A stretch of 64,000 nucleotides of DNA from Candidatus Woesearchaeota archaeon (GTDB lineage Archaea; Nanobdellota; Nanobdellia; Woesearchaeales; SKIA01): positions 12,175-76,174 of the forward strand of contig JBJKRI010000004.1 of assembly GCA_046704725.1 (NCBI GenBank), given 5' to 3'. The translations under genes and the position numbers were made by a program. This document shows positions 28,320 through 38,127 of the stretch, piece by piece (the first letter of the stretch is position 1; each line of letters starts with the position of its first letter). The notes beneath the pieces were generated by a model, which saw nothing but the letters and a program-made list of their open reading frames with translations, ran no database searches and was not told where the DNA came from.

Positions 28320-30377
28320 GTGGGAACGAGCAGGAGAATCGCAGCAATAGCACTCGGACTAAGCATGCTCTTGCCCGCGGTGCGCGCCGCGGTCCCGAGT
28401 CAGAGCATCTGGCAAGGACTCGGGAAAGGATGGGCGCTCATCAATCCAGCGGCGGTCTACCAGCAGGGCAATCCCGCAGCGCACGTCATCGACGCGATAC
28501 TCCTGTTCATCATCATCTTCGTGAGCGTCTTCGACATCGCGCGAAGCAAGGTCGGAGGACGCCAATTCCCCAAGAGCGTCGCGGCCGCGATGGGGCTGAT
28601 AGTCTGGCTGCCGCTAGTCATCTACCTCAACGCGAACGGGCAGCTCCTGCTCACGAACATCTGGACGGTCTCCGCGTCCATCATCATCTTGACCCTGAAC
28701 GTGGCGTTGCTCTTCCAGAAGTATGCGGCCTCGCTCGGCAAGACGACCAAGCGATGGAAGATTCTCTCGTTCCTGCTCGCGCTCGGGGTCGTCGGCGCGG
28801 GGATGACCGGTTTCCTCCAGCGCGCGATCGCCACGTCGGCGACCGAACAGAGCGTGAAGGGATGGATGACCTATATCTACGGCATGGGTTGGCCGCTCGC
28901 GCTCATCTTCGGGCTCGGCATGCTCTTGCTCAGCGCGACAGGAGGCTACGCGCTGGGACGACAAGACAGGATGCGCGATGTCGCCTCCAAGAGTGACGAC
29001 GCGGAAAAGAGAGCGAGAAAAGAACGGCGGCAGCGAAACAAGGAAGGCAAGAAGGACGACAAGTTCCTCAAGCGAGCCGAGCGTATCGAGACGGAGGCAT
29101 CGGCTGACGCCGCGAGCCTGCGCGCGCAAGACCGCGGACTCGGGCAACGGCTCCAGGTCCTGCGGGTCCAGCTCCAGGACCTCAGCGACCACGTGAAGTC
29201 CTACGCGGAATGGAAACGCAAGAACAAACACGACCTGCCGAGCAACTACAAGGATAGCCTTGTCGCCGCGGCGAAGAGCTGGGAGACCCTTCTGCAGAGC
29301 TTCGAGGAGGACGTCGAGAAATTCGCGACGACCCTCAAGAAGGAAGCGAACACGATCGCATCGAACGTCAAGATCAATCTCGACGAGCTGCATACCCGTC
29401 GGCAACAGCTCGAGGGGACCAAGGCGAACATCGACTCCATCCGGAACGACGTGGAATCGATACGACGTGACGCCGCGAAGGCGCTGGCGGCAGCGGCAAA
29501 GGTGAAGCAGCGCAGCGTACAGGCACAAGATGAAGAGGGTAGCCTGGCGGAATACTTCAAGAACAATACGAACGACCTGCGGAAATTCGCGAATCTCGCG
29601 GACAGTCAGCGCGGAATCATCGAGGAGCAGGAGCGGGCAGTCGCGACGTACGACACCGACGCGCAGCGCCTCGACAGCGCCATGCGCCAGGTCGAGAGCA
29701 CCGAGCGCCTCGTCAGGAACGCAGAGAACGATATCGGCGAAATGCTCGACGAAGTCGTCAAGGATGTACGGAGCGCACGCGAGGACATCCGCAACGGGTT
29801 GGAGAATGTCAGAGTGAGCAGGACGCAGAACGCCGTGCGCGCGATCGACAAGGCGATCGCCACTGTGGCGAAAACGAATCAACTCGCGTCGCGACAGAGC
29901 GAGGCCGCACAGAACGCCGAGAATGTCATCGAAGAGCAAGAAAGAGCATGGGACCAGTTCTCCACCATCGATGACGGCCTCATCGGCAAGCTCCTGAATG
30001 CGGCAGAACGGGCGAAGGAACTGTTCATCGCCTCCGATCTTGTCGAGGAGATATTCGACGGCGCGCTCATCCTCGAAGAACGCCTAAAGCAACTTCGGAT
30101 AGCCATGGAGTACAACAAGAAGGACCATCGGGGGGAATGGTTCAAGAGACAGCAGGTCGCGACCAAGGTCCTCAACGACGCGCGCAGCGAGATCAGTCGG
30201 AAACTTGAAGCGGTCATCAGGCGTGCCGCGCGCAAGCAGACGACTGTCGAAATGGCGAATACACTCCGTGAGATGCGCGCTCTGGCAGAGGGCTTGATAG
30301 CTGCGGTGACGCAAGATGAGGGCGCCGTGCGCAGGGATGCGCTCGCAAAATTGAAGGCTGTGAGGGCTGCCGTATGA
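28320..30377 (+). CDS. Multi-TM membrane protein with very long coiled-coil C-terminus
   Basis: Signal-like N-terminus (..PAVRA), about 5 TMs, then about 470 aa of charged heptad-rich helix. Confidence 0.85.
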   Translation: MGTSRRIAAIALGLSMLLPAVRAAVPSQSIWQGLGKGWALINPAAVYQQGNPAAHVIDAILLFIIIFVSVFDIARSKVGGRQFPKSVAAAMGLIVWLPLVIYLNANGQLLLTNIWTVSASIIILTLNVALLFQKYAASLGKTTKRWKILSFLLALGVVGAGMTGFLQRAIATSATEQSVKGWMTYIYGMGWPLALIFGLGMLLLSATGGYALGRQDRMRDVASKSDDAEKRARKERRQRNKEGKKDDKFLKRAERIETEASADAASLRAQDRGLGQRLQVLRVQLQDLSDHVKSYAEWKRKNKHDLPSNYKDSLVAAAKSWETLLQSFEEDVEKFATTLKKEANTIASNVKINLDELHTRRQQLEGTKANIDSIRNDVESIRRDAAKALAAAAKVKQRSVQAQDEEGSLAEYFKNNTNDLRKFANLADSQRGIIEEQERAVATYDTDAQRLDSAMRQVESTERLVRNAENDIGEMLDEVVKDVRSAREDIRNGLENVRVSRTQNAVRAIDKAIATVAKTNQLASRQSEAAQNAENVIEEQERAWDQFSTIDDGLIGKLLNAAERAKELFIASDLVEEIFDGALILEERLKQLRIAMEYNKKDHRGEWFKRQQVATKVLNDARSEISRKLEAVIRRAARKQTTVEMANTLREMRALAEGLIAAVTQDEGAVRRDALAKLKAVRAAV

Positions 30378-33300
30378 GCCCGTCTTTTCTCGCGTACCCG
30401 CTCGGACTGCTGAATCCCGCGCAGGTCTATCTCACCGCGCCGTACCTCTGGGACGCGATCATCTACTTCATGCTCTTCCTCGGTCTTGCGACGTTCGTCT
30501 ACACGCAGAAAGGAACGTACGGGAAGAAACGTGGAAAGCCCGTCGCGATCGCCATCGCGATGGCGCTCACATTTTCGCTGTCAGTATGGGAATACACGAG
30601 CGGCTGGTATCTCGGTCAGACGCGCTTCGCCATCCTCCCCCTCATCATCTTGCTCGGGCTGTTCTTCCTGCTCTTCTATCGCATGCTCACACAGATGTTC
30701 AACATGAAGGCGCACTGCGCGGCGGCGATATCCTATTATCTCACCTACGCCGGCGCGGGTGGCATGTTCGACGGCGCCATCAGCTCCGGACTCTCGCAAT
30801 ACCCCTCGATCGGCATGGTGCTCGACATCCTGATACTCACCGCGTTCATCACGTTGATCGTGTGCGTCATTGGATTGTTCCCCAAGTCGACGCCGACGGG
30901 AACAGGTGACGATGGTGGGGGCACGTCGTCCGGAGCGGGCACCATGCCTGACGGGGGCCGGGGAGGCAACGAACCAGGAGGGTTGTCTCCAGGGAAACCC
31001 GGGAAAGGCGGGCTCGAGGTGAAACTGAAGGAGCCGAAGAACAAGGCGAAGATTTCGGTGGACGACAAACTTCCGGTGAAAGCGAAGATCAGCGGCGGGA
31101 CCGGAAACTATGTGTGGCGTGTCATCACGCAGAAGGACGGCGGCGATGCAGAAGAGCAGAAGCGAGGGAAAGGGGAGAACGTGAAGGTCTCTGTCGGACC
31201 CTTCCCGCCCGGGAAGTACCGTGTCTACGTCATCGTGCAGGACGGTCAGTCCGAGGCCAATGCGAACGCCCGATTCCGCGTCGAGTACAAGGACTCACAA
31301 CTCGGCGTGATCGAAGGGACCGGTGTCTACGCGACCACCGACGAGCCGGTCCAGGACCGGACGATATTCTATCTCGTCGACGAGTACTTCGACCAACTGA
31401 CCGGAAAGGACGGCAAGCCCATACGGACCACGGGTCGCGTGGATGACGACGAGTGCACGTTCGTGTTCAAGGATATCCCCATCCCCAAGGAAGGGATCAA
31501 CGTATGGGTGCAGGGGTACACCCCGTCAGGTGAGAACGGACGCTCTGAAAGCGCGGTGAACCTGCGCCGCGACGATCGGAAGAAGAGCGTGCGCGTGCGC
31601 TTCGGCGTCTCACCCAATCGCGTACTGCCGCAATTCGAGCAACCGCGGGAAAACGCAGAGCTGCTGGCCGGAGAAACGAGTGATGTGAAGCTCTATTTCC
31701 ACGGCCCGGCGGGGGCGACCGCCATGTACAGCATCTCACTTGTGGACCGCAATAGTCACGAGGTGGTAAACGTCGTGCAGAACGCGAGCGTCAGGATACT
31801 CGGTACGGCCGTGGAGCGAAGGCACGCGATGACGCATCCGAAGGCGCCCGGAGCATACACGCTGACACTGACCTACGTCCAAGGTGAGCGCCGCGGCTCG
31901 ATCAAACGGGAGGTCAGGGTCGTGGGCTCCACCGAAGGGACGCTGCGGGTGTCCGTGAAGCCCGAGCAAGAGCAATACGAAACACTGGATGTGGTCAAGT
32001 TCCAGCTGCATGTGGACGGACTGCAGGGCGTGAAACGCGAATGGAGGGCCATCCGCGGGGAGAACAACAAGAAGATCACCGATTGGATTGCGCTGGAAGG
32101 CGACACCGGAACATTCGACGGCACGCTGCGACTGCGGCACGGCCTCAACTTAACAGGAAAGCAACGCATACGCATCCTCGTACGGGACGGATACTCTGTC
32201 GGCAGCGACGAATTCACAGTGGAAATCTTGTCCTCGGAACCACAGCGTGCAGTGACCATCTCCGGGCATGTGACCGACAGCGGCGCGCCGTCAGAGGGCC
32301 GATATGTACAGGTGCTCGACGAAAGAGGCGCGGAGCTGAAACGTTCCGACGAGACGCGTATCACGCCGAACAACCCTGACCTGTCGGGCGCATACAGCCT
32401 GCAATTGGGTACCATTCCGGACGGACCACTCATCATCCAGGTCGTTGGCGCGCCGCAGACTGCACGGCCGCTGCAGATTGCCGAAGGAGCGAACGAGATA
32501 CACGAGGACTTCGACCTCTCCGGGAACACAACGCCGACGCCCGATAGCAATGTGACTGTCTTCCGAGGTCTCGTGCTGCATGTAGAGCCCAATGGCCGGA
32601 TAGTCGGACCAGCGGCTGGAGGGGCCGTGAGATTGTCTTTTGACGGTACGCTGATTGCGCAAACGAGGATCGCGGACAACGGCTCGTACGCAGTCCGCGA
32701 CACGCACCCCAAAACAGGCGTATATGTGTTGGATGCGGACACTGCGCGTGGACACAAGACTTTGCGCATCCGCATCAACCGACCGGGTCGTGTCAGTGAG
32801 AACCTGTTGGTCCCCGTAGATGCGAATACAGGACAGCAATTTATTGTTGAGGGCAAGGCAGTATATGATGACGGCCGCGGGATAACCGAGGTATTGCCGC
32901 GCAACAGTACAGCGCAGCTCATCAAGGACGGTCGCCAGCGTGGTATTCAAGGCGTGGGGCCGGACGGAAGCTTCCGTGTCGCGGATGACTCTCCAGTCAG
33001 AGGCGATTACTTGCTCGTCATCGAGACTCCCTTTGGCGAACGAGAATCCAGGACTGTGCGCTACGATCCGGACAGTCCGTCGATAGAGAAGAATATCAAG
33101 GTTGAGCGCGTGCAGACGGTCGTTGTCGGGCGCGTTCTCTCGGGAGGACACGGCGTTCCCGACGCGGAAGTGTCCGTGCTCACGCCGCGGGGTGAACCTG
33201 TTGATTGGAATACGACGACGGATCGTGAAGGGCGCTTTTCATTCGACGGTGTCCCTCGACTCGGAGAGTTCTATCTGCAGGCAATCACTGCTGAGGGGAC

Positions 33301-33979
33301 CGGGCGCACGGAGTTGCTGAGAATGCCTGACACCGGCCGGATCGACGGCCTGGATATCGAGATAGCCGCTGGGCGAGACGGGAGCGAGGCGCGGTCGAGA
33401 ACAGTGACTGGCAGCGATGCACGTCTGATTGTCAAACCCGCCGAGCAGACCGCAGATCATCTGCGCACGAACGGTAAGAATGTCTGGTACGGTGACGTGC
33501 GCAATCCGCTCACCGGGCAGAACCGCCTCGATTTCGAGATCTTTCCCCCCAAGGTTCCTGTGAGAGGCAATTTCCGCATCGCCGTCGGTGTGTCCGCGAT
33601 ATCCGGGAATGAGCGAAAGGACCTCACGAATCGACAATTCAGCGCGTTGCACTTGAAGCTGTTGGCCCGCAGGAAGAAGGGAGAACCCATGACCAGTGAG
33701 ATATCCTTCACAGCGGGCAGGGGAAGGGATGAAGGACGCTGGGTCGCGAACAATCAAGCAGTGTTCCAAAGCGCGGAAAGCATCAATGCAAGCCTGTTGC
33801 TGGATCTTTCTGACGGCGAGTCAGCGTTCGATATCGTGCCGGGCGCCGAGGCCTTCGTATTCGTCGTCACAGTGCATATAGGGACGCGGAACACGGTGAG
33901 CGAACTAGCCGGTGAGAAACTGATCGGGTATGCGGTCCTCACTGTCCGGAAGCCCGCCACGCGTCAAGAGGGCTCTTGA
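30374..33979 (+). CDS. 1201-aa multi-TM protein with tandem Ig-like / carboxypeptidase-regulatory-like beta domains
   Basis: About 5 N-terminal TMs, Gly-rich linker, repeated ISGHVT / VVGRVL...VPDAEV...TTTDREGRFSF modules; ATGA overlap with upstream gene. Confidence 0.85.
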   Translation: MSPSFLAYPLGLLNPAQVYLTAPYLWDAIIYFMLFLGLATFVYTQKGTYGKKRGKPVAIAIAMALTFSLSVWEYTSGWYLGQTRFAILPLIILLGLFFLLFYRMLTQMFNMKAHCAAAISYYLTYAGAGGMFDGAISSGLSQYPSIGMVLDILILTAFITLIVCVIGLFPKSTPTGTGDDGGGTSSGAGTMPDGGRGGNEPGGLSPGKPGKGGLEVKLKEPKNKAKISVDDKLPVKAKISGGTGNYVWRVITQKDGGDAEEQKRGKGENVKVSVGPFPPGKYRVYVIVQDGQSEANANARFRVEYKDSQLGVIEGTGVYATTDEPVQDRTIFYLVDEYFDQLTGKDGKPIRTTGRVDDDECTFVFKDIPIPKEGINVWVQGYTPSGENGRSESAVNLRRDDRKKSVRVRFGVSPNRVLPQFEQPRENAELLAGETSDVKLYFHGPAGATAMYSISLVDRNSHEVVNVVQNASVRILGTAVERRHAMTHPKAPGAYTLTLTYVQGERRGSIKREVRVVGSTEGTLRVSVKPEQEQYETLDVVKFQLHVDGLQGVKREWRAIRGENNKKITDWIALEGDTGTFDGTLRLRHGLNLTGKQRIRILVRDGYSVGSDEFTVEILSSEPQRAVTISGHVTDSGAPSEGRYVQVLDERGAELKRSDETRITPNNPDLSGAYSLQLGTIPDGPLIIQVVGAPQTARPLQIAEGANEIHEDFDLSGNTTPTPDSNVTVFRGLVLHVEPNGRIVGPAAGGAVRLSFDGTLIAQTRIADNGSYAVRDTHPKTGVYVLDADTARGHKTLRIRINRPGRVSENLLVPVDANTGQQFIVEGKAVYDDGRGITEVLPRNSTAQLIKDGRQRGIQGVGPDGSFRVADDSPVRGDYLLVIETPFGERESRTVRYDPDSPSIEKNIKVERVQTVVVGRVLSGGHGVPDAEVSVLTPRGEPVDWNTTTDREGRFSFDGVPRLGEFYLQAITAEGTGRTELLRMPDTGRIDGLDIEIAAGRDGSEARSRTVTGSDARLIVKPAEQTADHLRTNGKNVWYGDVRNPLTGQNRLDFEIFPPKVPVRGNFRIAVGVSAISGNERKDLTNRQFSALHLKLLARRKKGEPMTSEISFTAGRGRDEGRWVANNQAVFQSAESINASLLLDLSDGESAFDIVPGAEAFVFVVTVHIGTRNTVSELAGEKLIGYAVLTVRKPATRQEGS

Positions 33980-34742
33980 CGTCCTTGATCGTGTCGCGCG
34001 TAACGTGCGTGTAGATCTGCGTGGTCTGCAGGTTCGCGTGCCCGAGCAGTTCTTGGATGATTCGAACGTCCGTGCCCCCCTCGAGCAGGTGCGTGGCGAA
34101 CGAGTGGCGGAGCACGTGCGGAGTCACGTGTTTCGCGATGCCCGCGCGCTCGGAGGCATCCGCGACGATCGCTTGCACGTTGCGCGTGGTCATTGTGCCG
34201 TCGCCGAAGATGAAACCCTCGCCTCGCAGCTGTTCGCGCAGGCTGTCGGGGATGACGGTGATGCGGTCCTTACCCCCCTTTCCTTGTCGTACGTGCAAGG
34301 TACCGTCCGAGGAGATGTCGTCATAGCGGAGCTTGACGAGCTCGGAGACCCGCAGCCCGCAGGCGTAGAGCAACTCGATCATGAGACGGGACTGCTTCGT
34401 GGGAGCCGCCTGCACCAGTGAAGCGACCTCTTCTTTCGTCAGATGGACAGGATGCTTCTGCGCGACCTTCGGAGCGCGGATGCCGGTGAAACCGCGCTCG
34501 AGGACCTCATTGTAGTAGAAGAGCAATGCGCTGCGCGCGAGATTCACCGTGCGCGATGCCTTGCCATCGTCAATGAGCGTCGCGAGGTACGCTTTGATAT
34601 CGTCCTTGGTGACATTCTCAGCATCCTTGCCCAGCCGCTTGAGGAACTGCGTGTTGTAGCGCAGATACGCCTTCTTGGTGTGCGGGGACAATCCGCGGAG
34701 CGTCATCTCCGTCTGCAAACGCTTCATTTTATGCGAATACAC
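33939..34742 (-). CDS. xerA: Tyrosine recombinase, XerA/XerD-like
   Basis: SAM-like N-terminus, GLRVSEL, GKGGKDR, HVLRHSFATH, LGH...TTQIY (full R-K-H-R-H-Y set). Confidence 0.92.
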   Translation of the reverse strand: MYSHKMKRLQTEMTLRGLSPHTKKAYLRYNTQFLKRLGKDAENVTKDDIKAYLATLIDDGKASRTVNLARSALLFYYNEVLERGFTGIRAPKVAQKHPVHLTKEEVASLVQAAPTKQSRLMIELLYACGLRVSELVKLRYDDISSDGTLHVRQGKGGKDRITVIPDSLREQLRGEGFIFGDGTMTTRNVQAIVADASERAGIAKHVTPHVLRHSFATHLLEGGTDVRIIQELLGHANLQTTQIYTHVTRDTIKDVKSPLDAWRASGQ

Positions 34743-34765
34743 TTACATCCTTCTTAAGGGCATCG

Positions 34766-35341
34766 CTACGCTACCAATTCGAGCTGCGGCTTGGCAGTTG
34801 GGATTGTTTCGTACAACTGTTCAGGCAGTTCCCTCTTGAGGTCGCGATAGATCGTGGAGGTCGATACACCCCACAGATTGGCGATATCGCGTACAGATGT
34901 CCCTTGCTTCCGCATCGCTTGAGCGTTCATCGCACGTCCGGCGATGTCCCAGGGGCGGGCTTCCCTCCGCGAAAGCCTGTTTGAAGTGCGTATTTCGCGG
35001 TATAGCTCCTCTTGACTGACTGTAGAGCTCGCTATGATGTGATATACCGGGGTGTTCGAGTTATAATAGAGGTCGATCGCAGTCTCCAGGGTTATGGGCC
35101 CGGAGCTTTGAAATGCCGTTTGCGGACTGGGAGCTGGTGTTTGTGGGACGGGAACTGCCTGTGCATCGGTATCAGAATTGGTGGGCTCACGTACAGGGAT
35201 GACGAGCGGGATCATCGGTTCCTCAGCAGATCGAAACAGATCCAGTACTCTGGCTACAAGACCGTGCGCACGCGCTGTCAAGTCATAAGCGCGTGTGAGA
35301 ATAGTCTGCTTCGGTATGAACTGCTGAATCGTCTGATACAT
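34766..35341 (-). CDS. DNA-binding protein with two HTH-like motifs
   Basis: C-terminal GTSVRDIANLWGVSTSTIYRDL (Hin/resolvase-type HTH) preceded by a weaker copy; start placed at MYQTIQ. Confidence 0.7.
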   Translation of the reverse strand: MYQTIQQFIPKQTILTRAYDLTARAHGLVARVLDLFRSAEEPMIPLVIPVREPTNSDTDAQAVPVPQTPAPSPQTAFQSSGPITLETAIDLYYNSNTPVYHIIASSTVSQEELYREIRTSNRLSRREARPWDIAGRAMNAQAMRKQGTSVRDIANLWGVSTSTIYRDLKRELPEQLYETIPTAKPQLELVA

Positions 35342-35752
35342 CGCTGTTTGCTGCAACTGCTTTGGTGCGTAGCGCGAAGTCCGTTCAGTAGGTGTGGATG
35401 CGCGGTCGCGCAACGCTGCGTATCCTTCGTGGATTCTTGCTGAGAATCTGCCTCACACTGATTCCGTTGGGTTGCGTGACCTCTCTAAAGCGTTTTCGAT
35501 AATCATTACTGAATAGGGGTATATCTCCATGCTATTTAAATATGCATTCTTTGATGTGTTTAATGGGCTGTATTATGATTATAATATATGCTTATAAATA
35601 ATAGACGTTGTATTGTGAATTGTATGTCCAATATGTTAGTACTATTAAATTATGTGTTTCGAGGATGTCTGAAATATGTCGTTTTGTCGTAAAACTTTTT
35701 GTAGAGGATGGAATGCTGCGGCTTTATAAAGTGCTCCGTGCAAATACGCCCC

Positions 35753-36370
35753 ATGAAATCGAGCAGACGCGCAGTGACCTGGGCGGTACTCAGTACGATT
35801 GTCGCGGGAAATGCCCTCGCAGGCTGCAGGATCGCCACACCGAGCAAGAAGACCCCTGAAGAGCTTGTCCCGGCCGCCACACAAGTGGAGCATGAAATGG
35901 AAGAGGGCAGATTCGCCGATGCCGGCGAGAAATTCGTGAGCTTTGCACAGGCGTGCCCTGGCACCGTGGACGCGCAGCAGGTCGGCGAGGTCTGCGCGAG
36001 TCTCGAATTGATCAAGAAGTACGCCGATGCCATGATTGCCAACAAGGGGCTTGAAAGCTGGAAAGCTGGGCTGTCCGAGCTGGACCATGAGAATATGGCG
36101 TTTCTCACTGAAGGGCTCAAGCACTACGCCAAGCTCATGAACGGATCGGATTATGATCTCCGAAAGCGGATGCTCTATGGGTTGCTGCCTACCCTGAACA
36201 AGGTACGCGACGGTCTTGAGCTGACTGTGCAGGCGAAGAACTCCTCCGTCTCCAAGCCGAGGGGAATTCTCGCTCGAGCGACAGGTTTGTCGCCCGACTG
36301 GGTATTGAAGGATGCGGAGAAGACGCGGAACGCGTATCTGAAGGCGCTTTCCCAGGCACTGCAGCCATAG
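35753..36370 (+). CDS. Predicted lipoprotein, helical
   Basis: MKSSRRAVTWAVLSTIVAGNALAGC: basic N-region, hydrophobic core, LAGC lipobox. Confidence 0.72.
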   Translation: MKSSRRAVTWAVLSTIVAGNALAGCRIATPSKKTPEELVPAATQVEHEMEEGRFADAGEKFVSFAQACPGTVDAQQVGEVCASLELIKKYADAMIANKGLESWKAGLSELDHENMAFLTEGLKHYAKLMNGSDYDLRKRMLYGLLPTLNKVRDGLELTVQAKNSSVSKPRGILARATGLSPDWVLKDAEKTRNAYLKALSQALQP

Positions 36371-36396
36371 TTCGCATAATATACATTATCTGTATT
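36369..36396. other. dif-like Xer recombination site
   Basis: AGTTCGCATAA-TATACA-TTATCTGTATT: 11-6-11 layout with inner ATAA/TTAT symmetry; left arm 9/11 identical to the E. coli XerC arm GGTGCGCATAA. Confidence 0.6.
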
Positions 36397-36589
36397 TATT
36401 TTCCGCCTGAATCGTGGTTTGTTTAAATAGGGGGATGTAGAAGACAGGAAATCATGCACGAAACGTCTCATTTGTCTAGGAAAGCCCAATAGTTTGCTGC
36501 TGTTTGTTGCGATTCCGATCCCACCATCTAACAAACATACAGTACACAATACATCATGAATATGTACTTTATGCCCATAGATTTTAGAA

Positions 36590-37618
36590 TTACAGAACTG
36601 GTTCGTTCCCGTTGTGGAAGAAGGCGAAGACCTTCTTCTCGATGGTGAAATCATCGTATCCATGCATGAAGAGTGCGATGGCCACGCCGATGAGGACGAA
36701 GTGCGGCCACACCGCCTCTTTGAAGAAGATGAGGCTGATGGTGAGAAACGTCAGGAAGAACAATGACGTAAAGCGGATGTCCATGCCGATGATGTAGAAC
36801 AATCCGATGAGGATCTCCACAATCATGGCCCCGAGCACCAGGAACATGGGGGAGAAGTGGAAATATGTGGTCAGATGGTAGGCTTTCACCGTGTCGAGGG
36901 CCAGGTCGGAATGGATGAGCTTGGCGTAGATGCTCGCATAGATCAGGCTAATGCCGAACAGCACCCGGAGAATCGGGAAGGTATAGCGCTCGAAGCTGGC
37001 GAAACGAGGCTTGAGCTTTCTCCACACGTGGTCGAGGGAGAAGGTCTCTCCGCCCAATATGAGGACGAAGATCATCTCCCCGAGGTAATTGACGTAGGTG
37101 AGGGTGTACATGCCCTTGTTGAAGAGCACCGTGATGAAGCCCAAAAGCGCCACAAGCGCCGCAGGACGCGTCATGAAGCCGAGTATCAAGAAGACGCCGA
37201 TGATGAAGAACGCCGCTCTCCAGAAGGGAGCGAAAGAGCCGAAGAGCGTCGATAAGGGTATCTCCGGACCGAATAATGCGTTGAAATAGCCCGCGGCGAT
37301 CATGCACACGCCAAGCGTCCAGCGTGCGGCGATGCCCGCGTAGGGCTTGAGCTTGAGCAGCCAGGGATCGATCCCGCGCTGGATGAAATGCGACATGGAG
37401 AGCAGGAATATCGCCACGACAAGGACTGTAGCCAGGAAACCCCAGAAGAAGAACTGCAGCTCGTCATGCGGGATGAGTGTGAGCGGGTCGGGGCTTCTCG
37501 CGGCCACGTCGCGAGCGATCGTGGACTGGTTGAGGACGTAGATCTCGTGGGCCGAGACGGTCCCTGCCAGGCACAGCAGGAGTGTTGCTGCAAGGAGTAT
37601 CGCTGCGAATCTCCACAT
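36590..37618 (-). CDS. DoxX-like multi-TM membrane protein (duplicated domain)
   Basis: Signal peptide (VSA/HE), two repeats of R..LG...G.F.ILG..TR..A pattern. Confidence 0.75.
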   Translation of the reverse strand: MWRFAAILLAATLLLCLAGTVSAHEIYVLNQSTIARDVAARSPDPLTLIPHDELQFFFWGFLATVLVVAIFLLSMSHFIQRGIDPWLLKLKPYAGIAARWTLGVCMIAAGYFNALFGPEIPLSTLFGSFAPFWRAAFFIIGVFLILGFMTRPAALVALLGFITVLFNKGMYTLTYVNYLGEMIFVLILGGETFSLDHVWRKLKPRFASFERYTFPILRVLFGISLIYASIYAKLIHSDLALDTVKAYHLTTYFHFSPMFLVLGAMIVEILIGLFYIIGMDIRFTSLFFLTFLTISLIFFKEAVWPHFVLIGVAIALFMHGYDDFTIEKKVFAFFHNGNEPVL

Positions 37619-37642
37619 CTTCTTAACTACACGAAACGGTAC

Positions 37643-37972
37643 TTAAGCGTTCTGCGACCCCGCACGAGTGCGCACGGAACGGATCTTGTGCCGTAGACCG
37701 CGGAACAGCCTCGAGAACTCCTTGTACAGCTCCGAGAGCTCCTGTTCCCCTCGCATCGAGAGCTTATAGCGCTTCTCCCTGCCCGAGCTTCTGTACGTGA
37801 TGAGATGCTTTCTGTGCAGCGTCTTGAGCGCTGGATAGATCGTTCCTGGAGTCAGGAGGGCTCCGCGGCGATCGCCGATGCGTTTCGCTAGCTCTGTCCC
37901 TGTGGATGGCGTCCGCAGCTCGTGCAGGAGCAGGAAGGCGAGCGGCTCTGTGAGTTCGACGGCCCGTTTCAT
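37643..37972 (-). CDS. PadR family transcriptional regulator
   Basis: PGTIYPALKTL..K.LI....GREKRYKLS.RG. Confidence 0.93.
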   Translation of the reverse strand: MKRAVELTEPLAFLLLHELRTPSTGTELAKRIGDRRGALLTPGTIYPALKTLHRKHLITYRSSGREKRYKLSMRGEQELSELYKEFSRLFRGLRHKIRSVRTRAGSQNA

Positions 37973-38127
37973 GGCCGTCCATTCTCTGCCAGGGATATAA
38001 ATATTGTGTTTCCAATATCAATAAATATGTTTCGCACACAATATCTAATAACTATAAGCGATTAATGATATTTTAAGATATGTGCAATTATTTTATTGTA
38101 TTTACGATATGCTGAATAATTGGTTAT

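Noticed and set aside
35480-35700. Replication origin
   Set aside because: AT-rich, but no ORB-like repeats with G-strings and no cdc6/orc1 adjacent
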